From Chrysomallon squamiferum (taxonomy: Eukaryota > Animalia > Mollusca), in contig CM022676.1 in NCBI GenBank assembly GCA_012295275.1, forward strand, positions 9,734,001-9,798,000: a DNA stretch of 64,000 bases, read 5' to 3'. The notes beneath the pieces were generated by a model. The model had not been told where the DNA came from and made no database searches. It saw only the letters and a list, made by a program, of their open reading frames with translations. Below are positions 41,246 through 55,979 of this stretch, piece after piece (the stretch's first letter is position 1; every line of letters starts with the position of its first letter). The position numbers and the translations under genes are program-made.

Positions 41246-41948
41246 TCACCATCTGTAACCTACCAGTTGCATATTTGTCTGTGTGTCGTGTTGGTTATAT
41301 GCATGTATGATGAGTTTTGTTTGTTTCTGTTTTGTATTGTCTATTCAGTGTATGTAAGTATGTCTGTGTGTGTATATATGTGTTTCATTATGGATTTGTG
41401 TGCATGTATATCTCCAAATGCTATCCACTCTGTCTATATTTGTGTGTGTGTGTGTGTATATATATATAGATAGATAGATAGATAGATAGAGATATCTGTA
41501 AGAAAAACTGAAAACACTTTTATATGCAACAAAGTTCTTCAACGTTTTATTACTTGTAAGTTCGTTAGCGTACTTTCAGTGGTTATATTGATTAATAAAT
41601 GAAGTTGCTCTTTTGATTTTGTTAAATATTTATTTATATTAAGTTTTCACACTTTGAAATCAATCCTTTTTGGATCAAGCTTGTTTTCTTCATCTTGTGA
41701 ATATGTGATGTTTTTAAAACTGCACATATGAAGGTAATATTTTTATGAGATGTAGACACTGGGATCTTAGTGTTACTTAGAGATGTTAGCATTTTGTTTA
41801 TATTAATGAATGTGTGTCTTTCTCTCTGAAGTTTTAATGTCTGTATTCTGTGTATGTTTGCGTGTGTGTGTGTTATCTGTGTGTATGTGTGTGTTTGTGT
41901 GTGTGTGTGTTTGGGTGTGTATCTGTGTGTGTCTGTGTGTGTATCTGT

Positions 41949-42033
<85 letters not shown>

Positions 42034-42274
42034 TGTATATGAGTGTTTATTAGTGTGTGTTTTTGTGTGGGTGTGTCTGTGAGTATGTGTGTGTGTGTCT
42101 GTGTGTGTGATAAAATCCAAACATTCATTCAATCATTAATTTTAATAAAAGACAGACAAGTAAATGTATACATAAACACATATGCATGTGCACACACACA
42201 CACACATTGTATCATTATATAAACAGACATACTTTTTACAGAGCAACAAATAAACAAAGAAAAAGAGGAGAGAG

Positions 42275-42342
<68 letters not shown>

Positions 42343-42684
42343 CCACCACACACACAAAAACAGTAAACAGATAAATAAAACACTACGACTTCTAATCAAG
42401 TATTCATGTTACCAATACATATTCATTATATTCATAGCAACGGAATCAGTAACAGTATTTCAAACCAGTTACTGGCCCAGGATAATAAAATGATTGCAAA
42501 TGTGGTATCATCATGAGCTATCATCTTTCAGGATGATTAAGGTATAATCAATAAACATTTACATTTATTACATAAAGGTCTATGTCCTGTCAAAAATTTG
42601 TTTGATTTTTTATTTATATATATATATATTTTTTTTTTACTGTAGGGGAAAATATTTTAAAATGTTTTATTGCTGATAGCCATC

Positions 42685-43115
42685 TAATGAGAAATCTACG
42701 TGATATATATTTTATTATAATTATTCTTAATGAGAAATCTACGTGATATATATATATTTTAAATAATTATTCTTAATGAGAAATCTACATGATATATATT
42801 TTTAAATAATTATTCTTAATGAGAAATCTATGTGATATATATTTTTATTATAATTGTACTTAATACAATATAATCATAAATTCTGTTATATTTATACTTG
42901 ATACAATATAATAATACATTCTGCTATATTTATACTTGATACAATATAATAACAAATTCTGTTATATTTATACTTAATACAATATAATAACAAATTCTGC
43001 TATATTTATACTTAATACAATATAATAATAAATTCTGTATATATTTATACTTGATTCAATATAATAATAAATTGTTATATTTATACTTGATACAATGTAA
43101 TAACAAATTCTGTTA
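42685..43115. repeat. Two abutting minisatellites: ~45-50 bp (taatgagaaatctacgtgatata, 4 copies) and ~38 bp (atttatacttgatacaatataataacaaattctgttat, ~7 copies)
   Basis: Direct tandem periodicity. Confidence 0.9.
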
Positions 43116-43329
43116 CAAAGCTATCTGAAGTCATTGTGTAGGTACAGGTGCAGTCAAAATCATTATAGGTAACCTGATTTTTCACCTATGTTAATATTTC
43201 ACCTGTTTTTGTATCGTTATGAACAATCTAAGGGCTTTTTTGCTCTGTTGTAAACGATACTGTTGCATCATACAACACAGATGAATGGATGATAGAATAT
43301 ACCAATGCACTATAGCTATCATGGGATTT

Positions 43330-43968
43330 CAAAATCCCCAAATATAGCTGCAGAAGTCAAAATGCCTAAATACAGCTGCAGAAGTCAAAATCCCTAAATA
43401 CAGCTGCAGAAGTCAAAGTGTCAAAATACAGCTGCAGAAGTCAAAATCCCAAAATACAGCTGCAGAAGTCAAAATCCCTAAATACAGCTGCAGAAGTCAA
43501 AGTGTCAAAATACAGCTGCAGAAGTCAAAATCCCTAAATACAGCTGTAGAAGTCAAAATCCCTAAATATAGCTCCAGAAGTCAAAACCTCAAAATACAGC
43601 TGCAGAAGTCAAAATGTGTAAATACAGCTGCAGAAGTCAAAATGTGTAAATACAGCTGCAGCAGTCAAAATCCCCAAATATAGCTGCAGAAGTCAAAACC
43701 CCTAAATGTGTAAATACAGCTGCAGAAGTCAAAATGTGTAAATACAGCTGCAGCAGTCAAAATCCCCAAATATAGCTGCAGAAGTCAAAACCCCTAAATA
43801 CAGCTGCAGAAGTCAAAATGTGTAAATATAACTGCAGAAGTCGAAATGTGTAAATATAGCTGCAGAAGTCACTAATCTCAAAATACAGCTGCAGAAGTCA
43901 AAATGCGTAAATATAGCTGCAGAAGTCAAAATTCCTAAAAACAGCTGCAGAAGTCAAAATGGCAAAAT
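43330..43968. repeat. 28 bp minisatellite (aaatacagctgcagaagtcaaaatccct), ~22 copies
   Basis: gctgcag recurs at 43347, 43375, 43403 and onward. Confidence 0.96.
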
Positions 43969-44279
43969 GTACCTGAGAAATAATCTGGAGCATCTGACAT
44001 AAGTTGAATTAATTTTTCTTCAAATTTTAAAAAAATAATTGTTTGTAGAATGACCTGACTCGTCATGAGGGTAAATCAACATTATTTACCGATACGCTTG
44101 ACTTAACACATTCTGTACTAAAGAAAAAGTTGAGAGAAAAAAAAAAATCAGGTGATCTTACTTGGCATGTATCCTACTTGTACAAAAGAGTTCAAGTGTA
44201 AATATGTTTGTGATCAGGTCATATGTTTATTGTTTGTTGTATGTCTGTTTATATCTTTCTATCTGTCCACCTTTGTAAG

Positions 44280-44660
44280 TGTATGTGTGTATGGATGTAT
44301 GGATGTATGTATGGATGTATGTATGTATGTATGTATGTATGTATGAATGTATGTATGTATGTATGTTTGTATGTATGTATGTGTGTATGGATGTATGGAT
44401 GTATGGATGTGTGTATGGATGTATGGATGTATGTATGTATGGATGTATGGATGTATGAATGTATGTATGTATGCATGAATGTATGTATGAATGTATGTAT
44501 GTATGCATAAATGAGTTTATGTGTGCATGTGTGTGTATGTAACTATGTTTGTATGTATGAATGCATGAGTGTATGTCCACATGCCTGTACATATGGAAGT
44601 CTGTATGTATGGCATGGATGTATGCATGTTTGAATTTATACATGTATGTAGACATACCTG
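44280..44660. repeat. (GTAT/GGAT)n tetranucleotide microsatellite
   Basis: Seen directly. Confidence 0.9.
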
Positions 44661-45183
44661 TAAGTATGTCTGATTAGACCCAGAACATAGACAGTGTTCA
44701 TAAATGCACTGACACAGGAAGAAGTGTATGTGTATGTGTTTTCATGTATGTGTATGGCAGTGTCTGTACATATAAAATGTTTTTATACGGTTTTATATAA
44801 ACACACACAGATCACAACACACACTACACACACACAACCACACACATATTATAGATAACACACATTACATGTAATATACAAAAGTTATTTTGTCAGCAGG
44901 ATCATGTTTTTAAATACGTTTAACATATCGATCCTTGGGTTCAGGTGGAACCGAAGTTCATAGCATTTAGTAAATGATGTGGAAAGTGTGTTTAGATGTT
45001 TGAACACAGATGTATTCACTCTCATGTGTGTGTCTTTTTGTTCACCTTTCTCAGTGTGTGTGTATGTGTCATGTGTTTCAGTCAGGTGAGAAATGCAATT
45101 ACATGCTTGAATGACACCTGCTGAAAGAGTCCACAAACTCCAGTTCCAACTCTGTTCATATATCATAGATAAGTTACAGGCAG

Positions 45184-45740
45184 AGGTTTTTAAGCTGTAA
45201 TTGTTGGTTCGTTGAAAATAACTGTGTTTTAGTAATCATACAGAGCGTGAAAATAAGAATTAAAAATTAAAAATATCAATAAAAATGTTAAAAATGAAGT
45301 GAAGTGAAGAATTTGTGTAAATAAATCTATATAAATCATTTATTCGTTATATTAGCAGTTGAAAAATATGAAGTTTTTAAACTGTAATTTTTAATTCATT
45401 AAAATAAATGTATTTTAGTAATCATACAGACTACAGAGGGTTAAAAAAAATAATAATAATAAAAATAAAAATGTTAAAAATGAAGTAACGTGAAGAATTT
45501 GTGTAAATAAATCTATATAAATCCACAGTTAAAAAAACCTGTATTAGCCTAAATATGAATTTTTTAAACTGTAATTTTTAATTCATTAAAATAAATGTAT
45601 TTTATTAATCATACAGAGTGTAAAACACAATAAAAAAATAAAAAAATTTCAATAAAAATGTTAAAAATGAAATAAAGTGAAGAATTTGTATAAATAAATC
45701 TATATAAATCACATAGTTTAAAAAAAAACCTATATCAGCT
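45184..45740. repeat. Three tandem copies of a ~185 bp unit
   Basis: aaaaatgttaaaaatgaa...gtgaagaatttgt.taaataaatctatataaatc recurs near 45280, 45466 and 45653. Confidence 0.88.
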
Positions 45741-46209
45741 AAAAAAATATGATAAAAAAAGTATTTTTAAAAAAAACCCTAAGGCTTATTATTCGATATA
45801 TTAAAGTAAATGCATTTTTCCCTTTTATTACTCTGTATATATATATATATATATTAATGCACATAAAATATGTGTATACGTGCATGCAGTCGTGTGCGAG
45901 TGTGTGTGTGTGTGTGTGTGTTAATGAACATAAATGTCTGTTTATGGGAAAAGACCCTGGGGACCACGGTACCAGTCATGCCCATTGTACATTTGTGCGG
46001 AGGGCTTCCTTCCAGGTGGGGGGGGGTTCAAAGAGAAACTATTAAGCTTGTAGGTGAAGGTATTACTATCAAAAGAATATATAATTTTGAATTAGATGCA
46101 GTAATAAAGTTTAATTCAGAGTTATATGGATTTTTAAATTGTGTAACTCTGCATCTGCATTTCGAATGTTTTTTTTGTACAGTATATTACATTGTTGTTA
46201 TCTTAGTTA

Positions 46210-46590
46210 AGTTGTTAACAATATTATAATACACTGTTGTTTGTTATTTTAATTTAGTCTTTAACAATATTATAATTCAGTGTGTTATTTTAATTTAGTC
46301 GTTAACAATATTATAATACAGTGTTATTTGTTATTTTAATTTAGTCTAACAATATTATAACAGTGTCATTTTGTTATTTTAATCACATCTTTAAAAGTAT
46401 TAAAACAGTGTTATTTGTTATTTTAATTGTCTTTAACAGTATTATAACAGTGTTATTTGTTATCTTAATTCTTTAACAATATTATAACAGTGTTATTTGT
46501 TATCTTAACTCTTTAACAATATTATAACAGTGCTATTTGTTATTTTAATTCAAACATTAACAATATAACATAGTATTATGTTATTTTAAT
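46210..46590. repeat. ~40-45 bp AT-rich minisatellite (ttaacaatattataacagtgttatttgttattttaat)
   Basis: Direct tandem periodicity. Confidence 0.88.
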
Positions 46591-47140
46591 TAAGTCTGCA
46601 ACAGTATTATACCACTACTGTTACTACTATTACAACAACTACTACTACTACTACTACTACTACAACTACTACTATTACTTTTACTACTACTACTACCACC
46701 AATAATATTTAAAAAAAAATAAGACTGGAAGAAAGATAAATAAAACAAAATTAATAAAACAAAATTATCTGTGATAAATTTTCCTTTTTTTTTCTCTCTC
46801 TCTCTCTTTTTTTTTGTTTTGTTTTCCACATTAACTTGGGGATTTCTGTCCAGTAACCTTTGACAAGGTAATACATACATCAGCTGAGAGCAAGTATGTA
46901 AAAAATTTATTTTTTGAATTTCTAACCATTTTTTTTTTTTATACTATTTTTTGATGTTAAGTTCTGTTAGAAATGTACAGATTGCCAAAAGAAAGTTTTT
47001 AAGGTACACGTTTTGCCAAGGAAAGTTTATAAAGAATATATTTAGAATTTCTGTTTGCACATTAAAAGAATTTTAAAAATATTTAACATGTTAAGAGTTT
47101 AGTTTCAAATGTAGGTATCCTGAAATTAAGATTGTACATT

Positions 47141-47171
<31 letters not shown>

Positions 47172-47612
47172 GTAGTAGTAGTAGTATGTTATGATTCTGT
47201 TTTTTTTGTTTGTTTTTTTTTTTTTTTTTTTTATTTGTTCTATTTTGTAAAGATGTAGACATAAATAAAATTATCAGCAGCAACAATAATAGTAATAAAA
47301 ATAAAACAGATATTCACCAAAAAAAAAAAGAGGATTATATTTTGTTTATTATTAAGTCAAAATATCAAACAAATTCTTGAAAATATGTCACGTATTTCCA
47401 GTTTTGCTACATATTTACATACATACAGTCCCTGGCGATTTTTAATTTCCTCATCTCTTAGTTTCTGAAGGAACGTTCGTTCCCATGGTGATGGAAGAAA
47501 GTGGGAAGTAAATATTGTTATTTGTCTCATTTTGTCAGTTGTAGTGTAAAATGTGTCAGAAATCATTAGTGTCGCTAGGGGACGTCTCCAGAGTGAGGTC
47601 TAGATTTAGTAG

Positions 47613-50463
47613 CAACTAATAAAGTGTATGTCATACAGTATATTCAAATACTGAGACAGCTAATAAAGTATATGTCATATGATATATTCAAATACTGAGA
47701 CAGCTAATAAAGTATATGTCATATGATATATTCAAATACTGAGACAGCTAATAAAGTATATGTCATATGATATATTCAAATACTGAGACACCTAATAAAG
47801 TGTATGTCATACAGTATATTCAAATACTGAGACAGCTAATAAAGTGTATGTCATACGATATATTCAAATACTGAGACAGCTAATAAAGTATATGTCATAT
47901 GATATATTCAAATACTGAGACAGCTAATAAAGTATATGTCATATGATATATTCAAATACTGAGACAGCTAATAAAGTGTATGTCATATGATATATTCAAA
48001 TACTGAGACACCTAATAAAGTGTATGTGTGTCATACGATATATTCAAATACTGAGACACCTAATAAAGTGTATGTGTGTCATACGATATATTCAAATACT
48101 TAGACACCTAATAAAGTGTATGTCATACGATATATTCAAATACTTAGACAGCTAATAAAGTATATGTGTGTCATACGATATATTCAAATACTTAGACAGC
48201 TAATAAAGTATATGTGTGTCATACGATATATTCAAATACTTAGACAGCTAATAAAGAGTATGTGTGTCATACGATATATTCAAATACTGAGACAGCTAAT
48301 AAAGTGTATGTGTGTCATACGATATATTCAAATACTGAGACAGCTAATAAAGTGTATGTCATACGATATATTCAAATACTGAGACAGCTAATAAAGTGTA
48401 TGTCATACGATATATTCAAATACTGAGACAGCTAATAAAGTGTATGTCATACAGTATATTCAAATACTGAGACAGCTAATAAAGTATATGTGTGTCATAC
48501 GATATATTCAAATACTGAGACAGCTAATAAAGTGTATGTCATACAGTATATTCAAATACTGAGACAGCTAATAAAGTGTATGTCATACAGTATATTCAAA
48601 TACTGAGACAGCTAATAAAGTGTATGTCATATGATATATTCAAATACTGAGACAGCTAATAAAGTATATGTGTCATACGATATATTAAAATACTGAGACA
48701 GCTAATAAAGTGTATGTCATACAGTATATTCAAATACTGAGACAGCTAATAAAGTGTATGTCATACAGTATATTCAAATACTGAGACAGCTAATAAAGTG
48801 TATGTCATACAGTATATTCAAATACTGAGACAGCTAATAAAGTGTATGTCATATGATATATTCAAATACTGAGACAGCTAATAAAGTGTATGTCATACAG
48901 TATATTCAAATACTGAGACAGCTAATAAAGTGTATGTCATACAGTATATTCAAATACTGAGACACCTAATAAAGTGTATGTCATACAGTATATTCAAATA
49001 CTGAGACAGCTAATAAAGTGTATGTCATATGATATATTCAAATACTGAGACACCTAATAAAGTGTATGTCATATGATATATTCAAATACTGAGACAGCTA
49101 ATAAAGTGTATGTCATACAGTATATTCAAATACTGAGACACCTAATAAAGTGTATGTCATATGATATATTCAAATACTGAGACAGCTAATAAAGTGTATG
49201 TCATATGATATATTCAAATACTGAGACACCTAATAAAGTGTATGTCATATGATATATTCAAATACTGAGACAGCTAATAAAGTGTATGTCATATGATATA
49301 TTCAAATACTGAGACAGCTAATAAAGTGTATGTCATACAGTATATTCAAATACTGAGACAGCTAATAAAGTGTATGTCATATGATATATTCAAATACTGA
49401 GACACCTAATAAAGTGTATGTCATATGATATATTCAAATACTGAGACAGCTAATAAAGTGTATGTCATATGATATATTCAAATACTGAGACAGCTAATAA
49501 AGTGTATGTCATACAGTATATTCAAATACTGAGACAGCTAATAAAGTGTATGTCATATGATATATTCAAATACTGAGACACCTAATAAAGTGTATGTCAT
49601 ATGATATATTCAAATACTGAGACAGCTAATAAAGTGTATGTCATACAGTATATTCAAATACTGAGACACCTAATAAAGTGTATGTCATATGATATATTCA
49701 AATACTGAGACAGCTAATAAAGTGTATGTCATACAGTATATTCAAATACTGAGACAGCTAATAAAGTGTATGTCATATGATATATTCAAATACTGAGACA
49801 GCTAATAAAGTGTATGTCATATGATATATTCAAATACTGAGACAGCTAATAAAGTGTATGTCATACGATATATTCAAATACTAAGACAGCTAATAAAGTG
49901 TATGTCATATGATATATTCAAATACTGAGACAGCTAATAAAGTGTATGTCATATGATATATTCAAATACTGAGACAGCTAATAAAGTGTATGTCATACGA
50001 TATATTCAAATACTGAGACAGCTAATAAAGTGTATGTCATATGATATATTCAAATACTGAGACAGCTAATAAAGTATATGTCATACAGTATATTCAAATA
50101 CTGAGACAGCTAATAAAGTGTATGTCATATGATATATTCAAATACTGAGACAGCTAATAAAGTATATGTCATATGATATATTCAAATACTGAGACAGCTA
50201 ATAAAGTGTATGTCATATGATATATTCAAATACTGAGACAGCTAATAAAGTATGTGTCATACGATATATTCAAATACTGAGACATCTAATAAAGTATATG
50301 TCATACAGTATATTCAAATACTTAGACACCTAATAAAGTGTATGTCATACAATATATTCAAATATTGAGATGCCTAATCAAGTGTATGTCATACAGTATA
50401 TTCAAATACTTAGACACCTAATAAAGTATATGTCATACAGTATATTCAAATACTTAGACACCT
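47613..50463. repeat. 44 bp satellite (cagctaataaagtgtatgtcatatgatatattcaaatactgaga), ~64 copies, with some 48 bp variants
   Basis: Highly homogeneous tandem array. The +TGTG variants cluster at ~48010-48520. Confidence 0.98.
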
Positions 50464-50594
50464 CTCTAGGTCTCTCTCTTCTTTCTCTCCTTCACTTTCT
50501 TTTCATCCTTCTGTCTCTCGTCTTTTTCACACTTTCCCTCATTTACTCTCTCCATCTTTCTTACATCCACATCCAAAATCTTTATGTCTCTTCC

Positions 50595-50676
<82 letters not shown>

Positions 50677-51935
50677 GTTCATTGTTCCGTAGCTCTAATT
50701 CTGAATAATAATAAAAATAAAAATAACAATAATAATAATAAAAAAATAATAATAACAGACAATAATAATAATAAAATAAATAATAATAACAGTAAATAAT
50801 AACACATAATAACAATAATAACAGTAAATAATAACAATAATAAGAATAATAACAGTAAATAATAATAATAATAAAAATCTTCATGGTATTCTCTTCTTAT
50901 TGTGTTTTTGTGCTAACATAAACACCTGTTGCATCATTAATGACCTACCTGAATTAAAGTGTATACGTATTGTTATTCTTTTATAATACAGTAGCACAAC
51001 ATCACATAAAGCAGCTGCAGATGTATAAACTATAACATGGTTTTGAAGAATAAAGTTATCTCAGTTATTGTGAAAATAGGACAGATCTATTTTAATCGAA
51101 TAATATTTTATTAAAAAAAAAAATTACTGACAGATTTAACTGTGAAAGTATGGAAGTTAAAACCAATATTTGGTACGTATAAAAAAAAAAAATATATATA
51201 TATATTTTAGTTTAATAATATTTCATTAAAATAATACTAATGTTTTTTAACTGTGTGAATATAAAAGTTAATATCTGCAAAAATAAGATAACTTTGTCTA
51301 TTTGTTTCTTTCTTTTCTTTTTTTTGTCTCTCTCTCTCAGTGACTATATATATATATATTTTTGTTTTTTTTCCTTTTTTCTGTCATTCTGGCATAGCAG
51401 TTCTCATTTTTAGTCTGTTAGTTTTTGATTGTCCATACATATATATATATATCTATGTATGTATGTATGTATGTATGCATGTAGTTTCATATATAATTGT
51501 ATATTTCGTATTAAAGGTAATTAACATTGTTGTAGTTATTATAAACAGTTTATATATATTACTGTATTTGTGTGTGTGCAAGTTGTATTTGTATGAACTG
51601 TTCCTTTGTGTCTAATGGCATCGCTATTCACTCTTTCATTCACATCAGTTCATTAACATACAAATTACAGAATACAAATCGATTAGTTAATAGTTCTCTT
51701 TATTTTTCTCTGAATCTTTCTCTCTGTCTCTTGGTCTATATTTCTGTCTTTCAGTTTCATGATTTACTTTGTCTTTTTTTTCATTTTCTTTCTTCTTTCT
51801 TTTTTCTTATTTTCTTTCTTATTTTGTTTCTCTTTTTTATTTTCCTTGTTTTTTCTTTTTATTTATTTGTGTTATTCTGCTTTTCTTTTTTTGCCTCTCT
51901 CTTTCTCTCTCTGTCTCTCTCTCACTTTCCATACA

Positions 51936-51994
<59 letters not shown>

Positions 51995-51996
51995 TC

Positions 51997-52039
<43 letters not shown>

Positions 52040-52499
52040 GTTTGTCTTGTTATTATTATCCTGTACTTACGACACTGTTACAGGTCACTGAATATGTGTC
52101 TTTAATCTTTGTAACGCAAATGTTCGTTACGCTCTACTTAACATAAATTCACTGTGGCTTAACAGGGTACAGAAGTGACTTCAGAAAAATAATCTTAAAC
52201 ACAAGCAGGAATCAACTTCCTTAATACGATATCCTACAACTCTGTAATGCTTTTATTTTTTTTACCTCATTTCTTTCATTTCTTTCTTATTTTTTTTTCT
52301 TTTGTCTTCTTCTTCTTATTTTTTTTATCACAGACACACACACAGACACACAAATGTACTTTAATTTTTTTTTTTTTTTTTTTTTTACTGTTGGGAAGTT
52401 TAACTTGAATGCAGATATGTTTTGCTCGACATTTCGTTACAAATAAACACTGCAGATGCTTTGTTGTTGCCTGATTGAAAGGGTGTCAGGTAAGAATCA

Positions 52500-53900
52500 G
52501 TTTATACCTGTATTTCTCAACTTAGATTTATATACAACGTTAAAAAGCTGAAAAATATTAATTAATTCAGGTGTTACGATGTTGATATCATTTTTCAGGT
52601 ATAAAAATCTACTTCGTTCACATACAAAGACATTAATATGGTTTCCAGGTTATATTATAGATATAATAATAAATATTTAAATTCATGAAATTAATTTACA
52701 TCTCATTATTTTAAAAACTAAATATGATTTTTGATTTTATACCTGAGAATGATAATAATAACATCATGACACCTGAATTAACTAACATGAAATATTGAAA
52801 GTATTAAATATATATTTTAATACATATGTTATAGATATTATACTTGGAAGAGCATATGTGAATAAATTTTAATTAATTATTTATTGTTTCAGACTGTTAA
52901 GACATAAATATAGATCAGCTACCTGGAAATATAATACTTGAATTAATTAATATTTTGGGGTTTTGTTTTGTTTTGTTTACCTGTAATATGAAGGAAGAAT
53001 GAACTTATACCTGAATGAAGTGAAAAAAATTTAAATATCTCAATATCAGAATTAATTAAATCGATTTCAAAGTATCTAAAAATGAAAGAACCTGTATTAA
53101 ATTAAATATTCATGATTTTTGTTATAATGTCAACAAAATTAACATATTAGTATTTCAAATTTGAATTAATTAGATTTTTATGAATTATTGTGATTATAAA
53201 GGTTAATTTATTACCAACACAGAATACACCACTGATATTTAGAAATTAAAATACCTGAATTAATGTAAGTGTATGTATATTAATGTATATGTAAAAGAAC
53301 ATTTTCTACCTGGGATATTAAATTAATATATTAGTCAAGTTTTATGAGTTACCTCTGATGCCCCAAAAAGTCATATTATTATACACCTGAAAATAAAATT
53401 AATATTTGAGTATATGAATCAAAAATTATTTATGATGTCTGTTATACAAAGGCATATTTGATACCTGTAGGAGAAATTAACATCTCAATGCCTGAATTCA
53501 TCAAGTTTATCAGCCAACTTTGACTTAGAGGTGTATTTAAATACCTGGAAATTTAAACATCTATTCATATTTATATATATATTTATATTCTTTTTAATAT
53601 CTTCAAGGTTTCTTGTTACACAAACGTTAAACTGAAAATGAAATTGATACCTGAACTGTTGATGTTTATGGGTCACTTACAATTTTGGAAATTTAAATAT
53701 CTATTTATATTTAATTTTATATATATATATTTTTTTAATATCTGTAAGGTTACGTGTTATACAAAGGTTATACCTGAATGTGAAATTAACAGATAAATAC
53801 CTGAAATGCTGAATTTTTAATGGATCCCTTCTGATATAAAGGTGTATTTGATACCTGGAAATTTATATTCATGTTTAATTTATTTACATTTACAAGGATC
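52500..53900. repeat. Highly degenerate repeat region rich in atacctg(a/g)a motifs
   Basis: Many recurrences of tacctgaa/tacctgga plus locally duplicated blocks. Confidence 0.5.
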
Positions 53901-54609
53901 ACCTGTCACATTAAGAAAAAAAAAAAAAATGAAATCAACACAGAAATATCTGAACTACTTAGTTTTATATGTTACCTGAGATTTGCAAAAAATTGTATAA
54001 TTTCTTTTGATTCTGTTTACCTTGAAATAGAAAAGAAATATGTCGATTATAGTGACTTATATGTGACAGAGTAGTAAATGTGGTGAGACAGCATTCATAT
54101 GATAATCAGTTCAAATCTGTGTTTTTTTTTGTTTTTTTTGTCCTTCTCATAAACAGTATTAAACATATCTTGAGAAAATGGAAAAAAACCGACAAGAAAA
54201 ACAAAAACAAAACAAAAACAAAACAAAAGTAAATACCTGAATGATGTGATATATTTTATTTATCTCTTCAACAACAACAACAACATTACGTAGTGGAAAG
54301 AGAATTAGATTCGTTTGTAATTAGTAAAAATATTTATGTGTTTACTCCTTGTGATGAGCGGAAATGTAGAGTTGAGATTTTATTGCTGTTGATTGCTAAA
54401 ACAGATTTACCCTGTGGCCTTAAGAAAAGCTTCCCATTATGTGTTGCAAGAAGCAGATAGCCTCTCCAAGTGAAAGGTTTGAGGTACGTTTTGTTAAGTT
54501 AGACAACAAAATTCAGAAGTAAATATGGAAATTAAGTTGGACATAATACTGAGTGTCTGTATAAACAACACAGATGCATGCACGTATGTGAAATCATAGA
54601 CATGGTCAT

Positions 54610-54800
<191 letters not shown>

Positions 54801-55938
54801 CACACACACACACACTAAATAAATAAAAGAAAATTAATACTGTTTTTCAAAAAAATTTGAAAATATACATTTTTCTTCCCCCCCACCCAAAAAAAGAAAG
54901 ACTTTTTAAATTTTTTTATACATATATCTTTGAATAGATCATCAGTTCTTGTGTGGAATGTTGTTTGAAGTTGAGATGTACAGATATAAGTAAAATCTAG
55001 TTTTATCACTTATCACTGTGGGATCTGTCAAATCACAAGTTTTTATGTTTGTGTCGTATAATACAGGTGTTTTTTTTCACTCTTGTTATTTTATGTCACA
55101 TCATCTTGTCTAAATAGGCATGCCTGTGTGTGTGTGTGTCTGTGTGTGTGTTTTCTTACCTTGTTCAGTGTTGATATGGAAACCAAATGTTTAATCTCAA
55201 TTGTTGTTCAGTTTATTTGATATGGCTGTGTATAGACAGCGTTATTTTACTAAATAGCAAAAAGTATATTTAGTAATGTTTATTGTAATAAAATAATATA
55301 AATCTGTCTGTTTTGAAACTGGAATGAAGAAAAACACACAGTTAATTTTTGTATAACAGAAAGGATTACTGAGAGAGAGAGAGAGATGATGGAAGAGAAG
55401 TCAAGAGAAAATTAAATAACATATAACAGACTAAGTGATTTGAAAAATTAAAATATGGATAGAAAGAAAGAAAAAAATGAAATAATTGAGACATCACAGA
55501 AGATTAAAAAGTGAAAGTTGGAGAGAAATAGTTAATTAGTCCTTGGTAAAGGGATTAATAATGAATCTATTCTCCTTTCTTTCTTTTACTTATTCTTTCT
55601 TTCCTTCATTCATTAAACCTCTCTGTCCTAGCAATAAGTGGATATATATATCAACTCAGAGTTTTCTTACTGTTGACTACAGAAAGCAGATGTACTTATT
55701 ACTCCGGTTTATTCTGCTACTACTACTGTTGTTAATAAGAAAAAAAAAGAGTAGAAATTACACGAGAAATTTTTCTTATTAATTTTTAAAAAAAAATTTA
55801 TCCTTTTTTTTTTTTTTTTTAATATATATTTATATATTTCTTTCATTCATTAACCCTCTGCTAGCAATAAGCGAAAATATTCAATCAAAATTTTTGCTAC
55901 TTTTAACTGCAGGGAAAAAGAGTTTACTAAAACCAAAG

Positions 55939-55979
<41 letters not shown>

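Noticed and set aside
43330-43968. CRISPR-like look (constant core plus variable segment)
   Set aside because: The variable parts are only 6-7 bp and recur, there are no cas genes, and the context is eukaryotic.
47613-50463. CRISPR array or coding repeat (ORF 48116..48382)
   Set aside because: There are no unique spacers. The ORF exists only where 48 bp variants keep the frame open.
54351-54430. GTGATGA as a C/D snoRNA box C
   Set aside because: There is no CTGA box D or terminal stem at a suitable distance.
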